Source: Bacteroidota bacterium (lineage in GTDB: Bacteria; Bacteroidota; Bacteroidia; Palsa-965). Taken from it: a DNA stretch of 52,145 nucleotides. Location of the stretch: assembly GCA_003153435.1 (NCBI GenBank), contig PLYR01000066.1, positions 16,168 to 68,312 on the forward strand. The letters run 5' to 3'. Position numbers and translations under genes: made by a program. Shown here piece after piece: positions 9,002 to 18,646 of this stretch. Numbering within the stretch: the first letter of the stretch is position 1; each line of letters opens with the position of its first letter. The notes under the pieces are model-generated. The model did no database searches, was not told where the DNA came from, and saw nothing but the letters and a program-made list of their open reading frames with translations.

Positions 9002-10090
9002 ATGATAAAATTCAGATATATATTTCTTTTATCCGCGTTGATGTTTTCTCAGGTAAGCAGGGCTCAGAACCTGAATGCTTATTCGGATAAGGTAACTCAA
9101 TACTTTTATATCTTCGACGATGGAAAATTGGTGGAGGCTGAGTACCTCCCTGTAACCCAATCTGCCGTTGGTGGTAATTGCGTTGCATATGTAGACAATT
9201 CTTCAAACTTTAAAATTTACTACGACGGAAATACAAATGTAGAAGCTGATAACGCCCCAGATAAATTTTTTGCTACTGATAATCTGATCGTATATGATTT
9301 TCAAAAAAGACTGAGTGTATTTGAACGGGGGAGGAGTACTTTACTTACCTACCAGCATGGTATTTACGCTGCAGGCGATAGTATGGTTGCCTTTTATGAC
9401 ACGATATCTTATGCGCTGAAATTCTATAAAGACGGAGTCATCAAAGAAGGAGAAGCCTTGTATGACAAATCACCTCCAAAGAGCCTTCAGGTGGGTGATA
9501 ATATCGCTGCCTATGTAAACTACAATGACCTTTTCAAAGTTTATTACAACGATCGATTATACGATCTCGAGTCTGCAGGACCGACACAATATAAGGCCGG
9601 ATGCAATACAGTAGCTTATATTGACAGATACACCCGTAATTTCAAAGTGTTTTATCATGGCAATCTTCTTCAGTTGGAAAGCTTTCCTCCTTCCAGCTTC
9701 AAAGTGGGCGATGACATTGTTGCTTACATTGATAACACGGGTAGTTTCAAGGTTTTTTGCATGGGACAGCTCTATACAGTTCAAACGTATGAACCTCAAT
9801 TCTTTGATGTAACAGATCACATGATCGTTTTTGGAGACGTGCAGAACTTCAATGTTTTTTACGGCGGCAAGACAACTAAGTTGGAAAGTTATAAGCCGGA
9901 AATTTATCAGATGGATTATAATTCCCTTGCTTATATTGACAGTTTTAACAAGATCCGTTTATTTAGTGATGGAGCAATCAAAGATGTAAGTGGCTCTATT
10001 GTGAACTCCTTCCAGCTTACACGCAATGTACTTATGTACTCAACCGATCTGGAGAGTATGCACTTTTACTGCAACGGAAAAAATTATTAG
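9002..10090 (+). CDS. Secreted beta-rich repeat protein (about 10 repeats of ~35 aa)
   Basis: Signal peptide; repeated GD.IVAY.D...FKVFY.G....LE...P..F pattern. Confidence 0.75.
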   Translation: MIKFRYIFLLSALMFSQVSRAQNLNAYSDKVTQYFYIFDDGKLVEAEYLPVTQSAVGGNCVAYVDNSSNFKIYYDGNTNVEADNAPDKFFATDNLIVYDFQKRLSVFERGRSTLLTYQHGIYAAGDSMVAFYDTISYALKFYKDGVIKEGEALYDKSPPKSLQVGDNIAAYVNYNDLFKVYYNDRLYDLESAGPTQYKAGCNTVAYIDRYTRNFKVFYHGNLLQLESFPPSSFKVGDDIVAYIDNTGSFKVFCMGQLYTVQTYEPQFFDVTDHMIVFGDVQNFNVFYGGKTTKLESYKPEIYQMDYNSLAYIDSFNKIRLFSDGAIKDVSGSIVNSFQLTRNVLMYSTDLESMHFYCNGKNY

Positions 10091-10095
10091 AGGAT

Positions 10096-11217
10096 TTAAT
10101 TGTTCAACATAACCGGCATCACCAGCATCAGAATATCTTCAGCTGCTAGCGGTTGTTCGGCAGGAATAAGGATACCTGCGCGGTTCGGTGCGCTCATTTC
10201 AATATTCACCTCATCGCTGTCCAAGTTAGCTACCATATCCATCAGGAAACGGGAGTTGAAACCAATCTCCATATCCTCTCCGGCATAGGAGCAAGTAAGG
10301 CGTTCGTTGGCTTCATTGGAGTAATCCAGGTCTTCTGCAGAGATGTTTAACTCACTTCCAGCCATTTTCAGACGTACCTGGTGGGTGGTTTTGTTTGCGA
10401 AAATGGATACACGTTTGATGGAGCCCAGGAATGCACTACTGTCAATGGTCAGTTTATTAGGATTAACTTTTGGAATGACTGCATCGTAGTTCGGGTATTT
10501 ACCATCTATCAGGCGACAAATAAGGCGGGAAGACCCGAATACAAATTGTGCATTTGTGGCATTGTATTCAGCCTTTACAGTTCCTCCAGCAGCACCGAGA
10601 TTATTCTTGAGCAGATTTAGAGGTTTCTTAGGAAGAATAAATGAAGCAGGGGCAGCGGTCTTAATGTCGCTGCGACGGTATCTCACCAGACGGTGAGCAT
10701 CTGTAGCTACAAAAGTTGCTCCTTCGGGAGAAAACTGAACAAAGACTCCCGACATTACCGGACGGAGTTCATCATTTCCGGTGGCAAAAATGGTTTTGTT
10801 AATAGCAGAGAGAAGCGCTTCGGAATCAATTTCTACAGACGCTCCAGCTTCTACTGTTGGAGCTTTGGGATATTCGTCTCCGTTGTGACCTGTCACTTTG
10901 TATTTTCCATAATCAGATGAAATTTCAATACTGAATTTCTTTAGATCAACGGAAAAAGTAAGAGGTTGTTCAGGGAATGCTTTTAAGGTATCAATGAGAA
11001 GTTTAGCGGGGATCGCAATGACTCCTGAATCTTTGGATTCAACATTCATTGTGGTAGTCATGGTTGTTTCTAAGTCTGATGCAGAAATGGTGAGGTCCTT
11101 CCCGTTAACTTCAAACAAAAAGTTGTCCAGAATAGGAAGTGTATTTGAACTGTTCAGAACCCCATTCAGCGATAAGAGATTTTTCAGCAGTGTGGAACTG
11201 GAAACAATAAATTTCAT
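10096..11217 (-). CDS. dnaN: DNA polymerase III beta clamp
   Basis: TLPILDNFLF, SASDLET, RPVMSGV, ATDAHRL, GKYPNY, LVMPV. Confidence 0.98.
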   Translation of the reverse strand: MKFIVSSSTLLKNLLSLNGVLNSSNTLPILDNFLFEVNGKDLTISASDLETTMTTTMNVESKDSGVIAIPAKLLIDTLKAFPEQPLTFSVDLKKFSIEISSDYGKYKVTGHNGDEYPKAPTVEAGASVEIDSEALLSAINKTIFATGNDELRPVMSGVFVQFSPEGATFVATDAHRLVRYRRSDIKTAAPASFILPKKPLNLLKNNLGAAGGTVKAEYNATNAQFVFGSSRLICRLIDGKYPNYDAVIPKVNPNKLTIDSSAFLGSIKRVSIFANKTTHQVRLKMAGSELNISAEDLDYSNEANERLTCSYAGEDMEIGFNSRFLMDMVANLDSDEVNIEMSAPNRAGILIPAEQPLAAEDILMLVMPVMLNN

Positions 11218-11277
11218 AAGGTGTTGTATTTGATTAATTTGACCTTCATCCAGTTTATACCGGAATGCGAGAGCCTA

Positions 11278-11285
11278 CAAAATTA
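11278..11285 (-). promoter_or_regulatory. Bacteroidota sigma-A -7 box upstream of dnaN
   Basis: TAATTTTG on the minus strand matches TAnnTTTG. Confidence 0.6.
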
Positions 11286-11331
11286 AATTTATAGTGCAGA
11301 TATGAGGGTAGTATGCAGCCATAGTTTTAAG

Positions 11332-12372
11332 CTATTTTTTAACACCCGGACCTTTATTTGCAAAGTATTCAATATCAGTGAGTAGCTTTCCAAAAACATA
11401 ATATTGGGTGACTACAAATTCATCCTTGTTGATAAGTGTATACATCCTGTCCATATCAAATTTTTCCGGCTTCCCTTTGGCATCCAAAGCTTCCCGGTGA
11501 GGCTCCATTCCGAAGAATCTCAGGTTTGTTACTTTATCATTCCTGTCGGTAATAGTCATTTCATAAAGTGGAGTGGAGCTTAAGATGGAATCTTTCCTAA
11601 AGGTCTGCATATCGTTCAGAAATGTCTCGAAACCAACCCCTTGAAAGTAAGAGAGGTATTGCTTCACCGCTAATGTGTCGATATTCGGATAGTTAGAATT
11701 GTTTTTCAGAAAATGAACTTCAAACAGATTGGGGCGGGAAGATTTGACTTCAAAGGAATTTCCGGCAGCACCTATAAATTGAAGTTTAACAGATTTAATA
11801 TTTGGAGGGAAATAGGAGAATGCTGTTTTATCCCTCCATTCGGCTTCGCTAGTCACATAAACAGGAGTCAGGTATCTGGTTTGACCCTCAATACACATGA
11901 CGAAAGGACGGGACGAATTTTGTTTGGTTTCTGGGTTCACGAGTAGCATATAAGTGCCTTCATCATCCGGAGTTGCTCCTCCGATATAATACATTCTCAC
12001 CAGTTTATCCCCCTGGTATAATTCTATCTTCGTAGCCCCTGAAGCGAGGTTCTTGATTACATTTTCCTGGGCCTGGACCCCCACCATACTTTTGATGGAA
12101 AGGTTTTTGACTACAAACAGAAGGTTAAAGATCCCGTCATTTCTCGCTTTGAATTTCTTGTTTACGGTCCAGTTTCCCTTACTTACTTTTTCTAGTGTAA
12201 CCTGATGCCCTCCCTTATCTGCAAGAAAAATTTTGGTGATCGATGCGGTATCTGCAAAAGCAAAATCACGGAGTTCTTTAGGAACAGTGGTACCGGTATC
12301 CTTCTTCAAAAGATAGATGGTAATGCATGCCAACAACAATACTATCAATAAGGCAATCTGATTTTTTTTCAT
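11332..12372 (-). CDS. DUF4340-like membrane-anchored periplasmic protein
   Basis: N-terminal TM, W.VN motif and EWRDK motif; position directly after gldG. Confidence 0.65.
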   Translation of the reverse strand: MKKNQIALLIVLLLACITIYLLKKDTGTTVPKELRDFAFADTASITKIFLADKGGHQVTLEKVSKGNWTVNKKFKARNDGIFNLLFVVKNLSIKSMVGVQAQENVIKNLASGATKIELYQGDKLVRMYYIGGATPDDEGTYMLLVNPETKQNSSRPFVMCIEGQTRYLTPVYVTSEAEWRDKTAFSYFPPNIKSVKLQFIGAAGNSFEVKSSRPNLFEVHFLKNNSNYPNIDTLAVKQYLSYFQGVGFETFLNDMQTFRKDSILSSTPLYEMTITDRNDKVTNLRFFGMEPHREALDAKGKPEKFDMDRMYTLINKDEFVVTQYYVFGKLLTDIEYFANKGPGVKK

Positions 12373-12433
12373 TGTAGGCTTTGATTTAGATAAAGGTTAT
12401 CAGGGGGATGGAGGCGGGGAAAGCATTGCTAAA

Positions 12434-14167
12434 TTACGAACTATATTTCTTTTTACGGATATAATAGCGGGAGATTCCGAAAATAAGGATGAGGAGAATC
12501 GGAACACAGGTATTCACGATTTTCCACTTTAGCTCTTCACTTCTGACTTTCTTCTTATCCAAAAGACGCAACTTGACCTCCCGGGTCCTCACTGAGATCA
12601 GACCCGAGTCGTCACAGAGATAGTTCATACAGTTGAGTAGGAAATTCTTGTTTCCAAAGAGCTGGTTCATATATTTATCCCAGCCCAGTGGAACAATATC
12701 ACCTCGATCTACTTCATTCCGGATAATATCCCCATCGGATACAACAATCATCTTTGTTGGAATTCCTTGTTCACGGAACCCGATTATCTTGCTCTCCCGG
12801 ATGGCAGTAGAAATCCGGTCTTTGTAATTCGATTCAAAAGCTCCTTCCAGTAAGACAGCCACTGGTTGGAATGAATTCCGGAAAAGTTTTTCATTGGGTC
12901 TCATATTCACCATTTCCAGTGAAACGCGGCTGGGTGCTGTAGCTAAACGTGTATATCGGGAAGAGTTTAGCAAAATGGTTTTAGATATTCCCTTGGCTGC
13001 TATCGTGTCTATTCCGCTTACAAATTGGAACTCAATCAGATCGAGATTTTTTACGATCGGATGTTTATTGGTTGGTGAAGGTCCGATAAGGGGAAAGAAG
13101 ATCCAAGGCTCCATCTGAATCCGGGGCTGGGTCCCTGCAATTGCTTTGTTGATTGGGATGCGAGCACATTGCAGGTCCATCAACAGGTTTGCATTCAGTC
13201 TGACCCCGTATTTGAAGAACATATCATCGAGGTTTAGTTTGTTCGGAATGGATAAGGTGTAACCATATCGTCTGAGACTGTCCATTGGAGTGAAAGCAGG
13301 ATCAACAAGCCACAATACCTTTCCTCCATACATGATAAACTGGTCAATAAGAAACTTATCCTTCTCTGAAAAAGCACTATCAGGCTTTGCGATAATGATG
13401 GCTTTATATTTAGGAATGAGGTTAGTGGTATGACCAAGGGTGTCCATAAGGGAATGTACATTCCCATTGATAAGGGTTCGGTCGACACGGTAATATTCGG
13501 CGAGTGAACGTGTGATATCCTTGGTATGAAGAGAGTCGAGCTCTCCATGACCTTCGATGAAAGCAATTTTGGGCTTAAGATCTACTTTTAGTTTACGGAT
13601 GACGTTGGAGAGTTCATATTCCAATCCTTCAATGGAAGCATTTAGTTGTTCCTCAGAACCAATGCCCTTTTGAGTTTTCAGGAGTTGTACAGGGAGTTCC
13701 TTACCCTTGTAGGAAACTAATGCTCCGGGAAACACATACTGTTGCTTGACTCCTGTTTCATCGTTCGATTCTAGGTTGGTGGGTTCAATGCCTTTATCAT
13801 ACAACTGTTTGAAAAGTTCCTTTTGCTGTTTCTTGTCAGGGTTAGCTGTCGGATTGATGAATTCATACTCGATATTGTGAGAATAAGCCCTGAATTCATT
13901 CAGCATTTCTTTGGTCTCGTTTTTTAATCTTACGAAGCCGGAAGGGAAGTCTCCGTCCAGGTAAATCTTGAAATACACTGCATCATTCAGGTTTTTCAGG
14001 AGGTCCTTGGTAACAGGACTGAGTGTATAGCGTTTTTCTTCGGTAAGGTCGAAGCGTTTGAAAACGAATGAGGAGATGAAATTAATAAGCACAATAATCA
14101 CCAGAACCAACATCAGGTTCACCAGATCTCTGCGTTTTTTATTTAGTTTCTTTTGTGCCATTACCAT
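12434..14167 (-). CDS. gldG: Gliding motility ABC transporter auxiliary component GldG
   Basis: RFDLTEEKRYTLS, GHGEL, DQFIMYGGK, VVSDGD, LISVRTREVKLRLLD. Confidence 0.95.
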   Translation of the reverse strand: MVMAQKKLNKKRRDLVNLMLVLVIIVLINFISSFVFKRFDLTEEKRYTLSPVTKDLLKNLNDAVYFKIYLDGDFPSGFVRLKNETKEMLNEFRAYSHNIEYEFINPTANPDKKQQKELFKQLYDKGIEPTNLESNDETGVKQQYVFPGALVSYKGKELPVQLLKTQKGIGSEEQLNASIEGLEYELSNVIRKLKVDLKPKIAFIEGHGELDSLHTKDITRSLAEYYRVDRTLINGNVHSLMDTLGHTTNLIPKYKAIIIAKPDSAFSEKDKFLIDQFIMYGGKVLWLVDPAFTPMDSLRRYGYTLSIPNKLNLDDMFFKYGVRLNANLLMDLQCARIPINKAIAGTQPRIQMEPWIFFPLIGPSPTNKHPIVKNLDLIEFQFVSGIDTIAAKGISKTILLNSSRYTRLATAPSRVSLEMVNMRPNEKLFRNSFQPVAVLLEGAFESNYKDRISTAIRESKIIGFREQGIPTKMIVVSDGDIIRNEVDRGDIVPLGWDKYMNQLFGNKNFLLNCMNYLCDDSGLISVRTREVKLRLLDKKKVRSEELKWKIVNTCVPILLILIFGISRYYIRKKKYSS

Positions 14168-14892
14168 TTCCGGCTTTCAACCACCGTTCTTGTTGCAAAG
14201 AGAAAAATCCCTATCAGGCTAATAAAATAAAGCATATCCCGGGTATCAATCACTCCACGGCTCATTGATACATAGTGGGTGTTAATGCTCATGGAAAGAA
14301 GGAATGTATCTGCTTTGTTAAAAAAATCAAGGGAGCTGAGGTTGTCGAATCCAATATAACAGAATGCACAGAAAGCTACAGCCATCACGAAAGAGATGAT
14401 CTGATTGTCACTCAGGGCGGACGCAAAAATGCCGATAGCGACGAATGCCCCTCCAAGGAAGAGTAAACCGATGTAAGATCCCCACATCCCTCCAGTATCA
14501 ATATTGCCTGGAGGACTTCCCAACTGATTCACTGAGTAATAATAGACCAGCGTAGGAAGTAGTGAAAACATGACTAGGATGAGGCCGGCTAGAAATTTTG
14601 CAAATACAATCTGTATATCCAGCAGTGGGCGAGTGAGGAGTAATTCAATGGTTCCGCTCTTCCTTTCTTCTGCAAATGACCGCATTGTGATTGCCGGGAT
14701 AAGGAATAAAAAGACCCAGGGAGCAATTTCAAAGAGGGGATTGATATTCGCATAGCCGTTATGAAGTACATTGGAGTCTACAGAAAAAACCCACATGAAA
14801 AGTCCGAGGACCAGCAGGAAGACTACTATAACCACATAGCCGATCAGTGAACTTAAAAAGCTTTTGATCTCTTTCTTTAGGAGTGCGTACAT
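14161..14892 (-). CDS. gldF: Gliding motility ABC transporter permease GldF
   Basis: KKEIKSFLSS, PAITMRSFAEERKSGTIELLLTRP, SRGVIDTRD. Confidence 0.95.
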   Translation of the reverse strand: MYALLKKEIKSFLSSLIGYVVIVVFLLVLGLFMWVFSVDSNVLHNGYANINPLFEIAPWVFLFLIPAITMRSFAEERKSGTIELLLTRPLLDIQIVFAKFLAGLILVMFSLLPTLVYYYSVNQLGSPPGNIDTGGMWGSYIGLLFLGGAFVAIGIFASALSDNQIISFVMAVAFCAFCYIGFDNLSSLDFFNKADTFLLSMSINTHYVSMSRGVIDTRDMLYFISLIGIFLFATRTVVESRKW

Positions 14893-14901
14893 AATTCAGC
14901 G

Positions 14902-14909
14902 CAAATTTA
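14902..14909 (-). promoter_or_regulatory. -7 box of the gldF operon (very short leader)
   Basis: TAAATTTG on the minus strand, 9 nt upstream of the ATG. Confidence 0.6.
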
Positions 14910-14944
14910 GCATTAAAAGCCGAAATAGATATATTTACACTCAC

Positions 14945-16021
14945 GTGGAAAAAGACAGCTCCCAACGCATATTCGGATTAGATATCCTGCGGACCCTTGC
15001 AATTATTCTTGTCCTCCTCGGGCATAGCTCGGGTATCATCTGTCCTGCATTTCCTGCATTTCCTTGGATTCCAATACCCGATGGAGTAGACCTGTTCTTT
15101 GTGCTGAGTGGATTTCTGGTAGGAGGGATCCTGATGGATGGGATCAGGAGCGATGGCCAATGGAGTTTTACGGATTTGCGTCAATTTATACGGAGAAGAT
15201 GGTTTCGCACACTCCCGAATTATTTTCTCTTCTTATTCATTAATATTATTCTCGTCAACCAGGGGGTCATTTTCGGGGAGCTTAACCGGCACCTAATTAC
15301 CTTCTTTTTCTTTCTCCAGAATTTTCACATTACCTATTTTGATCTGTTTACGGAGTCCTGGAGCCTTTCCGTGGAAGAGTGGTTTTATCTCTCCTTTCCG
15401 ATCCTATGCTTTCTGTCCTTAAAGTTAAGGAAGGTGAAGTTTAGCTCCGTTTCATTACCATTAATCATTAGTGGTTATTTACTCTTCCCCCTTCTTTACC
15501 GCATCCTAACCGCAGGAAGTATAACTACTGATGAGCACTATGAGCTTTTCTTCCGGAAGTTAGTGCTGACCAGACTTGATAGCATAGGTTTTGGAATTCT
15601 GGCGGCATGGTTCAAACGCTGGCGCCCTGTATTTTGGCAGCGTTTTCGGCTTGTGGCTTTCTTTACCGGGATTGTTCTTTTGTTCTTTCTTTGCCGCATG
15701 CATACCATGCCAGCGACTTTTTATCTGAAAACACTTCATCTGACGCTTCTTCCCCTCTCTATAGCCATATTGCTGCCAGCCTTGGATAGTGTGAAAACGG
15801 AGAAGTTGCCGGGTAAACCCTTTGCTTTTATCTCCCGGATTTCCTATTCAATGTATTTCTGCAACAGCCTGATATTTCAGATTTATTACCATTACTTTCA
15901 TCCTGAAACAACAATAATTCGTTTAGTATCTTTTGCAGGGTGCTGGTTCGCAATCATTTTGATATCCTGGTTGAACTTCAGCTTCTTTGAACGTCCGCTT
16001 ACCGGGCTCCGGGATAAGTGA
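14945..16021 (+). CDS. Acyltransferase-3 (OafA-like) O-acyltransferase
   Basis: GLDILR, GVDLFFVLSGFL, RRWFRTLP, SWSLSVEEWFY, SYSMY, FERP; likely start is GTG 14945, which avoids overlap with gldF. Confidence 0.9.
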   Translation: MEKDSSQRIFGLDILRTLAIILVLLGHSSGIICPAFPAFPWIPIPDGVDLFFVLSGFLVGGILMDGIRSDGQWSFTDLRQFIRRRWFRTLPNYFLFLFINIILVNQGVIFGELNRHLITFFFFLQNFHITYFDLFTESWSLSVEEWFYLSFPILCFLSLKLRKVKFSSVSLPLIISGYLLFPLLYRILTAGSITTDEHYELFFRKLVLTRLDSIGFGILAAWFKRWRPVFWQRFRLVAFFTGIVLLFFLCRMHTMPATFYLKTLHLTLLPLSIAILLPALDSVKTEKLPGKPFAFISRISYSMYFCNSLIFQIYYHYFHPETTIIRLVSFAGCWFAIILISWLNFSFFERPLTGLRDK

Positions 16022-16088
16022 TAATCTGATTTTTTTTATAATTAAAAAAAGGAGAATTTAGCAGCTCTAAATGGTTGAACACAAGTTT

Positions 16089-17399
16089 ATGAAAGTATTG
16101 AAATTTGGAGGAACCTCCGTAGGATCCCCGGAGCGGATGAAAAAACTGGTTCCGTTGATTCAGGCCCCTGAGCCTAAGATTGTTGTGCTCTCTGCGATGA
16201 GTGGGACAACGAATAGCCTGGTCGAAATCTCCAAGGCTCTTCATGACGGACAACCCGGACAAGCCAAACAGCTTATCGGTATTCTGGAAGCGAAGTATAA
16301 AGAAGTCGTAAAGGCACTCTATACAAAAACAGAATCCCTTCAAAAAGGAAGTGAACTTATCAAAACCCATTTTGAATATCTGAACTCCTTTTGCCTGAAC
16401 CCATTCGGCAATAAGGAAGAAAAGGCTATTCTCGCCCAGGGAGAACTGTTATCGACAGCCCTAGTGCATTATTACCTTGAAGAAGTAGGTATTCCTTCAG
16501 TATTGCTCCCTGCTCTGAATTTTATGCGCATAGACGATAATGAAGAGCCAGATCTGCATTATATTGAGGAGCATATTCAGAAAGAACTGAGCAGGCATCC
16601 TTCTGTTCCTGTTTATATCACTCAGGGTTATATTTGCAGGAATGTGTTCGGTGAAATAGACAACCTGAAACGAGGAGGAAGTGATTATACGGGCACACTC
16701 ATTGGTGCTGCCATACAAGCGGAGGAGATTCAGATCTGGACTGATATTGACGGGATGCACAATAACGATCCAAGGGTTGTAGAGAAGACACATCCTGTAA
16801 CTGAATTGTCTTTTGATGAAGCGGCCGAGCTTGCCTATTTCGGGGCCAAGATTCTGCATCCTACTTGTGTTCTCCCGGCACAGTTGCGTAAGATCCCAGT
16901 GAGGTTACTCAATACTATGCAGCCTCAAGCAAAGGGCACATTGATTTCTGAAAAGAACAGCGGAGCAAGTTTTACCGCTGTCGCAGCTAAAGATGATATC
17001 ACTGCAATAAAGATCAAATCTGGACGAATGTTGCTGGCATATGGTTTCCTGCGTTCCGTATTCGAGGTTTTTGAAAGGTATAAAACCCCGATCGACATGA
17101 TTGCCACCTCTGAGGTCGCCGTTTCGCTTACTATAGATAATACTAGAAACCTGAAGAGTATTCTGACTGAATTAAGAGAAATTGCAACCGTGGATGTAGA
17201 TTCAGAGCTCAGCATTATTTGTGTGGTTGGAAATTTTACTGCCGAAAAGGAGGGATCTGCCTTCCGAATACTTCAGTCTATGAAGGAAATTCCAATCCGA
17301 ATGATTTCCTATGGAGGAAGTGAGCATAATGTCAGTATCCTTGTTAAAACGTCACATAAAAAAGCTGCACTCGTTGCCCTCAATAAGGGATTGTTCTAA
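16089..17399 (+). CDS. lysC: Aspartate kinase
   Basis: MKVLKFGGTSVG, RGGSDYT, WTDIDG, FGAKILHP, ACT domains. Confidence 0.95.
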   Translation: MKVLKFGGTSVGSPERMKKLVPLIQAPEPKIVVLSAMSGTTNSLVEISKALHDGQPGQAKQLIGILEAKYKEVVKALYTKTESLQKGSELIKTHFEYLNSFCLNPFGNKEEKAILAQGELLSTALVHYYLEEVGIPSVLLPALNFMRIDDNEEPDLHYIEEHIQKELSRHPSVPVYITQGYICRNVFGEIDNLKRGGSDYTGTLIGAAIQAEEIQIWTDIDGMHNNDPRVVEKTHPVTELSFDEAAELAYFGAKILHPTCVLPAQLRKIPVRLLNTMQPQAKGTLISEKNSGASFTAVAAKDDITAIKIKSGRMLLAYGFLRSVFEVFERYKTPIDMIATSEVAVSLTIDNTRNLKSILTELREIATVDVDSELSIICVVGNFTAEKEGSAFRILQSMKEIPIRMISYGGSEHNVSILVKTSHKKAALVALNKGLF

Positions 17400-17420
17400 A
17401 CAGAATTCATTTATCTTGCT

Positions 17421-18587
17421 ATGTTTCCAAAAAAAGTGTTTGAGTCATTTCAGAATATTCCTACTCCGTTTTACTACTATGACCTGGAGGTGTTGAAAGA
17501 AGGCCTTAGAAGGATAAAAGCAGAGTCAGAACCTCATGGATATCAGGTTCACTATGCGCTCAAGGCCAATCCCAATATAACTATTTTGAACATTGTAAAG
17601 GGGTATGGTCTTGGAGCTGACTGTGTGAGTGGGAATGAAGTGAAAAGAGCCATCGAAGCAGGTTTTGACCCCAGGCATATTGTATTTGCGGGAGTAGGAA
17701 AGAGCGATGAAGAGATCACCTATGCGATTGGATGTGGGATCTTTTGTTTTAATTGCGAATCAATGCAGGAATTGGAAGTGATTCATAAACTGGCTGTCAA
17801 AGCAGGGAAAAAAGCACGTATAGCACTTAGGATAAACCCGAACGTGAATGCGAATACCCATAAATACATCACTACCGGACTAGAAGAAAATAAATTCGGG
17901 ATCAACCTCTGGGAACTGGAGAGTGTGATGGAGCGTTTGCCTGAGCTCAAATCCCTCGAACTTATCGGTCTTCACTTTCATATCGGTTCACAGATCACTG
18001 ATCTGACTTCCTTCAAGTCACTCTGCCTGCGTGTCAATGAAATTCAGGGGTGGTTTGTAAGCAGGAATATAAAAATTGAGCATATCAATGTTGGCGGAGG
18101 GTTGGGCGTAGATTATCACGAGCCGGACAAGAATCAATATCCCGATTTCAAAGCCTACTTCTCACTCTTTCATGAATTCCTCGAGGTAAGACCAGGGCAA
18201 CAGGTACATTTTGAATTGGGAAGAGCCGTTGTAGCACAATGCGGAACACTTGTTTCCAAAGTGCTGTACATCAAGAAAGGTCAAAACACTAATTTTGCAA
18301 TATTGGATGCTGGCATTACGGAGCTGATCCGTCCTGCCTTGTATCAATCCTATCATTCCATTGATAACCTTAGCAAAAAGTTTATGCCGGCAGGATCCGT
18401 TCCTGTATTGCGTTATGATGTGGTGGGTCCGATCTGTGAATCCTCTGACTGTTTCCGAAAGGCAGTCGATTTGCCGGAGACTGAAAGAGGAGACCTGATT
18501 GCCATTCGCACTGCAGGTGCCTATGGAGAAGTTATGGCTTCTTCCTATAATCTCAGAGACCGTGTCAAGGCTTTTTATTCTGCGTGA
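17421..18587 (+). CDS. lysA: Diaminopimelate decarboxylase
   Basis: YALKAN (PLP lysine), HFHIGSQ, GGGLG, GPICESSD, GAYG. Confidence 0.96.
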   Translation: MFPKKVFESFQNIPTPFYYYDLEVLKEGLRRIKAESEPHGYQVHYALKANPNITILNIVKGYGLGADCVSGNEVKRAIEAGFDPRHIVFAGVGKSDEEITYAIGCGIFCFNCESMQELEVIHKLAVKAGKKARIALRINPNVNANTHKYITTGLEENKFGINLWELESVMERLPELKSLELIGLHFHIGSQITDLTSFKSLCLRVNEIQGWFVSRNIKIEHINVGGGLGVDYHEPDKNQYPDFKAYFSLFHEFLEVRPGQQVHFELGRAVVAQCGTLVSKVLYIKKGQNTNFAILDAGITELIRPALYQSYHSIDNLSKKFMPAGSVPVLRYDVVGPICESSDCFRKAVDLPETERGDLIAIRTAGAYGEVMASSYNLRDRVKAFYSA

Positions 18588-18617
18588 CAAAGCCTAGCCA
18601 GCTCTCAAATTATAGTG

Positions 18618-18625
18618 TATTTTTG
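18618..18625 (+). promoter_or_regulatory. -7 box upstream of the GT-C gene
   Basis: TATTTTTG. Confidence 0.5.
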
Positions 18626-18646
18626 CCTTAATCCTCAAAACAAACT

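Noticed and set aside
11880-11893. Near matches to the island box (TTTGACCCTCAATA here; CTGAGGGTCAA near 28653; ATGAGGGTA near 11302)
   Set aside because: Inside coding sequence or in the wrong orientation for the adjacent promoter, so most likely chance.
16022-16088. Lysine riboswitch upstream of lysC
   Set aside because: The intergenic space is far too short and AT-rich.
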